From: Candidatus Obscuribacteraceae bacterium
GTDB lineage: Bacteria; Cyanobacteriota; Vampirovibrionia; Obscuribacterales; Obscuribacteraceae
Length of the DNA stretch: 64,000 nucleotides
Assembly: GCA_044229845.1 (NCBI GenBank)
Contig: JBGASG010000001.1
Span: 832,001 to 896,000, forward strand
Reading direction: 5' to 3'
Under the pieces are notes generated by a model. It searched no databases, was not told the origin of the DNA, and was given only the letters and a program-made list of their open reading frames with translations. Below, one piece after another: positions 57,699 through 64,000 of the stretch. The number at the start of each line of letters is the position of its first letter. The stretch's first letter is position 1. The position numbers and the translations under genes are program-made.

Positions 57699-59570
57699 AT
57701 GCGATCCAACAAAAAGAGTCGACTGGCACAGATGGTGGTGGCGGTAGCTGTCCTCAGTCTGCTGTGTGGTGCACCAGTGGTGGCGGCCGAGCAGACCGAT
57801 TTTGAGCGCACCATGGCTGGTATCGCTGCGGGCACCGCGACCGACAGCAAGTCCGAGCACGGTCGCCTCTGGAAGATCTTCGATGCTTGCTGGTCCTACA
57901 AAATGCACGAAAGTCCCGACTGGGCAACCGCTGTTGGCTATCCTGGACAAAACGGCAAGTGGACCGATGACTCGCTGACCGCCATCGAAAGACGCAAGCG
58001 CGAATTGGAAGCCCCGATGAAGGCGCTCAAGAGCATTGACAGGACGAAACTATCCAAGGCTGACCAGCTCAATTACGACATGTTCGAATATGGATTGTCC
58101 CTCGAATTGGAGGGGCGGCAGTTTCCCGACGAGCTGATGCCGTTGAATCAATTGAATGGACCGCAGGAAAGTCCTGCCAACACTATTGCGCAAAATCCGA
58201 CCACATCGGTCAAGGATTACGAAGACATTATTTCGCGGTTGAAAGGCGTTCCGACCGTCATCGATCAGCAGATCGATTTGATGAAGGCTGGATTGAAAGC
58301 CGGACTCACGCCGCCGAAGGTGACGCTCAAGGATGTTCCGCAGCAGATCAAGGATCAAATTGTCGACGACCCGATGGCCAGCCCGCTCCTCGAACCGTTC
58401 AAAAAGTTTCCTGCCGAAATAGGCGAAGCAGACCGCAAACGCTTGAAGGAATCGGCAGCCACCATATACACCACCAGTATCAAGCCCTCTTATCAGAAGC
58501 TGTACACCTTCTTCACCGAGGAGTACTATCCGAAGACGCGCGAAACGCTGGCATTGAGCGACCTGCCCAACGGCAAAGCCTGGTACGCGTATAACCTGCG
58601 TTCCAACACGACGACCAACCTTTCGGCAGCGGAGATCCACCAGCGCGGTCTCGATGAAGTGAAGCGCATTCGCGGCGAAATGGATAAGCTGATTGCCGAG
58701 ACTGGATTCAAAGGCAATCTGCAGGATTTCTCCAAATACCTGCGCACCGACCCGAAGTTCTTCTATTCCAACTCGGATGAACTGGTGGCAGCTTATCGTG
58801 ATATCGCCAAGCGTATCGATCCTCAGCTCATGAAACAGTTCGGTAAGTTGCCGCGTTTGCAATATGGAGTGCAAGCGGTGCCTGCATTTTCTGAGCGCGC
58901 GCAACCGACAGCATACTATCGTCCGGGCTCGGTGGAGGCCGGGCGCGCTGGTGTGTTTTTTGCCAACACATACAACTTGAAGACGCGACCGAAGTGGGAG
59001 ATGGAAGCGCTGACATTGCACGAAGCCGTGCCCGGGCACCACTTGCAGATCTCGCTTGCCGAAGAAATGGAGGGCGTACCCGACTTTCGCCGCCATGAAG
59101 GCTATAACGCGTTTGGCGAAGGATGGGGTCTGTACGCCGAAAGCCTTGGTGGCGACCTGGACATGTACAAAGATCCGTACTCCCGATACGGTCAGCTGAC
59201 CTACGAAATGTGGCGTGCAATCAGATTGGTGCTGGACACCGGCATCCATTCGATGGGCTGGACGCGTCAGCAGGCGGTCGATTATTTTAGAGAAAACTCC
59301 AGCAAGACAGAACACGACATCAACGTCGAGGTCGATAGATACATAGTTTGGCCGGGGCAGGCGACTGCGTACAAGATCGGTCAGATGACGATTAAGGAGC
59401 TGCGCCAGCAGGCTAAGAAAGAATTGGGCGACCAGTTTGATGTGCGGGAGTTTCACGATGCGGTATTGGCGAATGGAACTGTGCCGCTCGATGTGTTGCG
59501 GGCGCAGATTGCCCTATGGATCGCATCGAAGCGCCAGCAATCCAGCAACACTCCAGCAGCAATTAAGTAA
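57699..59570 (+). CDS. DUF885-family exported putative metallopeptidase
   Basis: HEAVPGHHLQ, EGWGLYAE, RLVLDTGIH and PGQATAYKIG motifs. Confidence 0.93.
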   Translation: MRSNKKSRLAQMVVAVAVLSLLCGAPVVAAEQTDFERTMAGIAAGTATDSKSEHGRLWKIFDACWSYKMHESPDWATAVGYPGQNGKWTDDSLTAIERRKRELEAPMKALKSIDRTKLSKADQLNYDMFEYGLSLELEGRQFPDELMPLNQLNGPQESPANTIAQNPTTSVKDYEDIISRLKGVPTVIDQQIDLMKAGLKAGLTPPKVTLKDVPQQIKDQIVDDPMASPLLEPFKKFPAEIGEADRKRLKESAATIYTTSIKPSYQKLYTFFTEEYYPKTRETLALSDLPNGKAWYAYNLRSNTTTNLSAAEIHQRGLDEVKRIRGEMDKLIAETGFKGNLQDFSKYLRTDPKFFYSNSDELVAAYRDIAKRIDPQLMKQFGKLPRLQYGVQAVPAFSERAQPTAYYRPGSVEAGRAGVFFANTYNLKTRPKWEMEALTLHEAVPGHHLQISLAEEMEGVPDFRRHEGYNAFGEGWGLYAESLGGDLDMYKDPYSRYGQLTYEMWRAIRLVLDTGIHSMGWTRQQAVDYFRENSSKTEHDINVEVDRYIVWPGQATAYKIGQMTIKELRQQAKKELGDQFDVREFHDAVLANGTVPLDVLRAQIALWIASKRQQSSNTPAAIK

Positions 59571-59576
59571 GCTGCT

Positions 59577-60605
59577 ATGAAGAAACGCGAACACGGTGCC
59601 GCGCATAAGTCGTGCTTGTCAAATGTAGTCGAGGCGTTCGAAACTCAGAAGGTGCATCTGTCGCCGCCGGTATCTGTTGACGCTCTCGCCGCCTACGAGA
59701 GCGAGCTGGGACTGACACTGCCGGCGGAGCTGGTCGATCTACTTGTTTGTGCCGATGGAGCGACCGGGGTCGGTGGCGAAGAATTGCTCTGGTCGCTGGA
59801 ACGCATCCGTGCCACCAATCACGAAATGCGCAACGACGGAAAGCTGCAAGCGGGATGTATGCCGTTCCAGCATTTGCTGTTTTTCGCATCGTGCCCAAAT
59901 GGCAATTTACTCGGGTTTAGAGTTTTACCGTTCGAGATCGATCAGCAAGTTGTGCAGTGGTGCCGGAAGTCCGATAACCGCGAAGTGCTGGCAGTATGTC
60001 TGGGCAGCTATTTCGAGCGAGTCCTGGCGACCTCGAAGGCGGCCCGCCAAACGAGTTGGGTTTTCGATGCCGAGGCCGTTTTCAATCGCTGCCCGGTCAA
60101 AGCGGTCGACGACATCGCAGGCAAACTCAAGCAATTCTTCGACATTCGCGAAGGAGTGACTGAAAAGCAAATTGCCGACTTCGAGAAAGAAACTGGTTTG
60201 CAGCTGCCACCAGAAGCGAAAGCCATCTATTTATTTAGCGACGGCATTCAGGACGGATGGTGGACGGTGTTTCCTCTGGAGAAACTGTTCGAATTGAACG
60301 CGGCGCAACGTTTGCGGGCTGCGCACCACAAAAACGAAGGCTTTTATCTGCCGTTTGAATCGATGTACTTTTTCGGTGAAGAGGGCAACGGCGATCTCTA
60401 TGGATTTCCAATCGTCGATGGGCAAATCGGCGGACGTGTCTATCGCTGGGATCACGAAACTGACAACCGCGAATTCGTGGGCGCCGACCTTCTATCATTC
60501 TTGCAGTATCAAATCGAATTCAAAGAAGAAGAGGCGCAGGAAGATGCCATTGAGGATCACTGTCATTCTTCCAACGCTTGCGAAATCTATGAGGAGGAGA
60601 GTTAA
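59577..60605 (+). CDS. Tandem SMI1/KNR4 (SUKH) domain protein
   Basis: Two units of E.E.GL.LP....L....DG...F....NGDL.G....V..W.HE.D. Confidence 0.85.
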   Translation: MKKREHGAAHKSCLSNVVEAFETQKVHLSPPVSVDALAAYESELGLTLPAELVDLLVCADGATGVGGEELLWSLERIRATNHEMRNDGKLQAGCMPFQHLLFFASCPNGNLLGFRVLPFEIDQQVVQWCRKSDNREVLAVCLGSYFERVLATSKAARQTSWVFDAEAVFNRCPVKAVDDIAGKLKQFFDIREGVTEKQIADFEKETGLQLPPEAKAIYLFSDGIQDGWWTVFPLEKLFELNAAQRLRAAHHKNEGFYLPFESMYFFGEEGNGDLYGFPIVDGQIGGRVYRWDHETDNREFVGADLLSFLQYQIEFKEEEAQEDAIEDHCHSSNACEIYEEES

Positions 60606-60612
60606 TTGACGC

Positions 60613-61521
60613 ATGCCTGAGTTGCCCGACATCGCAGCCTACATGCATGCGCTCGAGCCGCGCATTGTCGGCAAGCCGCTCGAACAGGTGCGGTTGGCTA
60701 GCGTGTTTTTACTCAGGACCGCCGAACCACCGATTGAGAAAGCGGAAGGACGAGTGGTGCGTGAACTGCGCCGCATTGGTAAGCGCATTGCCATCGGGCT
60801 GGACGGCGATTATTGGTTGGTGCTGCATCTGATGATCGCGGGGCGGCTGCATTGGAGAAGCAAAGGCGCGGCGCTTGGCGGTCGGCAGAACCTGGCGGCG
60901 TTCGACTTCCCCGATGGGTCGCTCGTATTTACGGAGGCTGGGTCGAAACACCGGGCGTCTCTGCATTTCTTCCATGGACAGGATGCGTTGACGGCAATCG
61001 ATCCTGGCGGCATCGATGTGTTTGCCTGCGATTTGCCGGCGTTTCGTGCGGCGCTCTCCGTAGAGAATCGCACCTTGAAGCGCGCGCTCACCGATCCGCG
61101 TATCATCAGCGGCATCGGTAATGCTTACTCAGACGAAATTCTCCATGCGGCGAAGTTGTCCCCGATTGCGCGTACGCACAAATTGACGGACGAAGAGTGG
61201 CAGCGACTCTACGACACATGCAAATCATCGCTGCAGATGTGGATGGATAGATTGTGCGCCGAGGCGGAAAAGAAGTTTCCCGAAAAGGTGACGGCGTTTC
61301 GTCCCGACATGGCGGCGCATGGCAAGTATCAAAAGCCGTGTCCTGTTTGCGGCGAATCCATACAACGTATTCGCTATGCCGATAACGAAACCAACTACTG
61401 CCCGCGGTGCCAAACTGACGGCGTGCTCCTTGCCGATCGCAGCTTGTCGCGCATCCTCAAATCGGACTGGCCGCGCACACTCGACGAACTCGAAGCGCTC
61501 AAGCGCCGCGAAAGCTCGTAA
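60613..61521 (+). CDS. Fpg/Nei-family DNA glycosylase
   Basis: [21 protein letters not shown] and CPVC...CPRC zinc finger. Confidence 0.92.
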   Translation: MPELPDIAAYMHALEPRIVGKPLEQVRLASVFLLRTAEPPIEKAEGRVVRELRRIGKRIAIGLDGDYWLVLHLMIAGRLHWRSKGAALGGRQNLAAFDFPDGSLVFTEAGSKHRASLHFFHGQDALTAIDPGGIDVFACDLPAFRAALSVENRTLKRALTDPRIISGIGNAYSDEILHAAKLSPIARTHKLTDEEWQRLYDTCKSSLQMWMDRLCAEAEKKFPEKVTAFRPDMAAHGKYQKPCPVCGESIQRIRYADNETNYCPRCQTDGVLLADRSLSRILKSDWPRTLDELEALKRRESS

Positions 61522-61533
61522 ACGGGTAGAGCG

Positions 61534-62085
61534 TCAGCCGCCTGGCGAGAACATATAGTTTTTGTAGTAGCAGAGGTAATAGCGTTTGCTCGCTGGGTGC
61601 GACAGCAGCACTGCCGTCGTTTCGCACTGCTGCGCGTAGGAGAAACAGCATAATCCCTGCACCTCCGAAGCCGGGATGACCTCGATGACTGCTTTCTCGT
61701 CTGCGAATGCGTCAATGAGATCGTGCTTGCATCGCGCGATCGCGTCTCCCTCAGTTTTCACATCTCCTCGCATGATGTTTTGCAAGCCAGGCTGCTCCCA
61801 ACTGCGAGAATCCATCTTCAAATCATTGGCTGGTTTCAATCCGCCGGGGCTATCACCAGAAAACGCAATAAAGTAGCGGCTGTACAGCCCCAGAGCACCG
61901 CCCGAGGTGCCTGCCGCCTTTACCTGGGAGAAGTTGGAGTCCTCACCCAAATTCGATGCGAGCAGTTTGTGCGCCGAGAGCTGCGCAGGCGTTCCGAAAA
62001 TACACCAGGCGACCACTGCCATACCTACCAGGATGCAGGTGAGGAAGATGGCGAGCTGTTTGTTTCTCTTCTTGCTTGTGCTCAT
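61534..62085 (-). CDS. Membrane-anchored hypothetical protein
   Basis: Basic N-terminus followed by one TM helix. Confidence 0.62.
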   Translation of the reverse strand: MSTSKKRNKQLAIFLTCILVGMAVVAWCIFGTPAQLSAHKLLASNLGEDSNFSQVKAAGTSGGALGLYSRYFIAFSGDSPGGLKPANDLKMDSRSWEQPGLQNIMRGDVKTEGDAIARCKHDLIDAFADEKAVIEVIPASEVQGLCCFSYAQQCETTAVLLSHPASKRYYLCYYKNYMFSPGG

Positions 62086-62159
62086 TTATATCGAGCGCTC
62101 CAGGCATGCTGTACTCACATCATCGTAACATAGGCATGTGTCGACATTTCGTCAGCGCT

Positions 62160-63998
62160 CTACCTGGAGGTGTACAGCGACCGGACGTAAGTCGCCAGGT
62201 CTGCGCGTTCTTGTTGTGTGAGGCGCAACGACCAGGGTGGCATCGATGTTCCCGGGACACCGTTGGCAATCACCTGCTCGGCGTATTCCTGCGTTGGTCG
62301 ATCAGTGAGGAAACTCGGAGGACGGCGCGGCAGCGTGGCGGCAGCCGGACCGTTGCCGTCGCCTCTCACTCCATGACACGACACGCAGTTTTGTGCGAAC
62401 AGCCTTCCACCTGAAATGTTCATAGCGACGTTGGGCGACGAACCATCCGGAGACGCGTGCTTTGCCGGCGACAAAGTCTGCACAAAAGCAATCAGATCCT
62501 CGATTTGACCTGGTGGCAGATCGCGCCATGCTGGCATCGCGGTTCCAGGCACGCCATTGAGTATGGCGTTGCCGATGCGGTCGTGCGAGAGGTTTTTGGC
62601 GGCGAGATCGGCGGGCTTGGGCAAAAGCAGTGCTGCGGCATCGCCATTTCCCTCGCCGGAGTATCCGTGGCAGGATGCGCAGTTCTGTTTGAAGAGAGTG
62701 CCGCCTCGACCAGTGTCGGGTGCGCCGGTACCGGTCGGCGGCGTGTATGTGACATTGTTGATTGCCATGTTGGCATTTGTATTGAGCGGAACGTCGGGAC
62801 TCTCGAGGTCTCGCACCTCATCCGGGCAGTTGCAGCCAGGTAGGGGACCGGCATTTGCATTACCAGACATAATGCGAGCGCGTCCGAGGGTTTTTACATA
62901 TGCCAGCAACGCTTGCCCATCTTTATTCGGCAAGGCGGCCGAGCCATCGAACAACCAGGGATAGCGGGGCATGTTCGATTGCGCCACCACCAGCCGCGGA
63001 TTGAATAGATGGACTCGCTGCCAGTCATCGCTGCGCACCGAACCTTCACGTGCCAGGTCCGGTCCTATCCGTCTGGTGCCCCAGAGTTGCGGGTAGTCGA
63101 AGGTTGTTTCCCAGGCGCGCGTTGGGGCACCAAATCGTTTGGCGTCCGCCAGGACGAAACGCACCTGTTGCGTGTGACAGTAGGCACAGCCCTCGCGGGC
63201 GTAAATGTTTCTTCCATGTTCTTCCTGCGCAGTCAGCGGCACCATGTCAGGTGGCTTGGTGAGTTTGATTTGCTGCGCCAACGCAAGACCGGGAGCGATA
63301 CCGAGCAAGGCAAAAGAAAACACGAACAACCCAAAGCCGGCTGCGAAGGCGCTGAGATACGCCATGCGTAACCAGGGGTGAGTTGACTGCGGAGGAGGTG
63401 TTTCCGATGCGGTGAAGATTGCGTCGCTCGCCCGTTCAGCACCTTCGTCAACTTCAGTTTTGTTGCCGGTGAAAAACGAGGCGAATAGCAGAACAAATCC
63501 GGCAATCAGAGGCACTGCCGACCAGGTGCGCCACACCCAGTATTGTCTGGATGCGCGCAGAGATTCCAGCCACGGCAGTCCGTCCTGCCAGAGTTGTGCC
63601 TGCGCCACGCCGGCGATGCTGAGGTCGACTACCATCCAGAGCAAGCCGACCAGCAACAGCCAATAGCAGTATTTGAATACTCGCGAATTGAACTTCATCT
63701 GCGGAGTCGCTTGCCACACGTAAGCCATGCCACCGATGGTGGTGAATGTGGCGAATCCCAGCATGGCCAGATGCGAGTGTCCAATGACCCAATCTGAGAA
63801 GTGCAGCAATTTGTTGACCGGCATCAAGGCTTGCATTGAGCCTTGCAGGCTGACGATCAGATAGGCGATGGTTCCGGTTTTTACAAACAGAAGCGGCAGG
63901 CTGCCGCGTATTTCAGCTTTGCGCATCGAGAGGAGCAGGTTGGACACGACGATAATCACGTCGATGCCGAGAATGACCGAGGCGATGATGGCACCTGT
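62160..63998 (-). CDS. Fused cbb3-type oxidase: CcoN C-terminus + CcoO + two cytochrome c domains (5'-truncated)
   Basis: DWVIGHSH; EGCAYCHTQQVR, WGTRRIGPDL and SNMP; CASCH; CVSCH. Frame is open to the window edge. Confidence 0.85.
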   Translation of the reverse strand, partial: TGAIIASVILGIDVIIVVSNLLLSMRKAEIRGSLPLLFVKTGTIAYLIVSLQGSMQALMPVNKLLHFSDWVIGHSHLAMLGFATFTTIGGMAYVWQATPQMKFNSRVFKYCYWLLLVGLLWMVVDLSIAGVAQAQLWQDGLPWLESLRASRQYWVWRTWSAVPLIAGFVLLFASFFTGNKTEVDEGAERASDAIFTASETPPPQSTHPWLRMAYLSAFAAGFGLFVFSFALLGIAPGLALAQQIKLTKPPDMVPLTAQEEHGRNIYAREGCAYCHTQQVRFVLADAKRFGAPTRAWETTFDYPQLWGTRRIGPDLAREGSVRSDDWQRVHLFNPRLVVAQSNMPRYPWLFDGSAALPNKDGQALLAYVKTLGRARIMSGNANAGPLPGCNCPDEVRDLESPDVPLNTNANMAINNVTYTPPTGTGAPDTGRGGTLFKQNCASCHGYSGEGNGDAAALLLPKPADLAAKNLSHDRIGNAILNGVPGTAMPAWRDLPPGQIEDLIAFVQTLSPAKHASPDGSSPNVAMNISGGRLFAQNCVSCHGVRGDGNGPAAATLPRRPPSFLTDRPTQEYAEQVIANGVPGTSMPPWSLRLTQQERADLATYVRSLYTSR

Positions 63999-64000
63999 CT

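Noticed and set aside
58050..59456. Long antisense ORFs (also 11489-12457, 14907-15965, 27548-28573, 54196-55143)
   Set aside because: Shadows of GC3-biased genes on the opposite strand; no recognisable motifs.
1..64000. Genome-wide TAG or TGA recoding
   Set aside because: Well-known genes (SDR, Ku, LigD with TAG; citrate synthase, 2OG oxygenase with TGA) end at their expected C-termini.

Overview
Gene-dense, GC-rich bacterial chromosomal window with about 55 CDSs. I found no rRNA, tRNA, CRISPR array or transposase. The TPR-fused Ser/Thr kinases, LRV/HEAT proteins, SAF paralogues and fused C-family oxidase suggest a non-photosynthetic cyanobacterial relative (Melainabacteria/Obscuribacterales-like); this is inference only. 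Two candidates stand out. (1) A complete-looking retron directly after the Ku-LigD genes. It has its own TTGACC-N17-TACTAT promoter, an ncRNA closed by a perfect 16-bp inverted repeat (12538-12694) and a retron-type RT (NAxxH, YCDD, VTG). The RT is translationally coupled to a DinB/YfiT-superfamily gene, which I do not recognise among described retron effectors. (2) A probable hidden selenoprotein. Two ORFs at 17062-16067 (minus strand) are one reading frame broken by a single TGA, in a context resembling the redox site of eukaryotic selenoprotein N and followed by a SECIS-like hairpin. Other points: a NemR-like TetR with three operators and a duplicated promoter, several intergenic elements closed by long inverted repeats, an 11-bp tandem array, an unannotated truncated SAF paralogue, and a CcoN-CcoO-cytochrome c fusion. 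All calls come from reading motifs by eye; no searches or folding programs were run.
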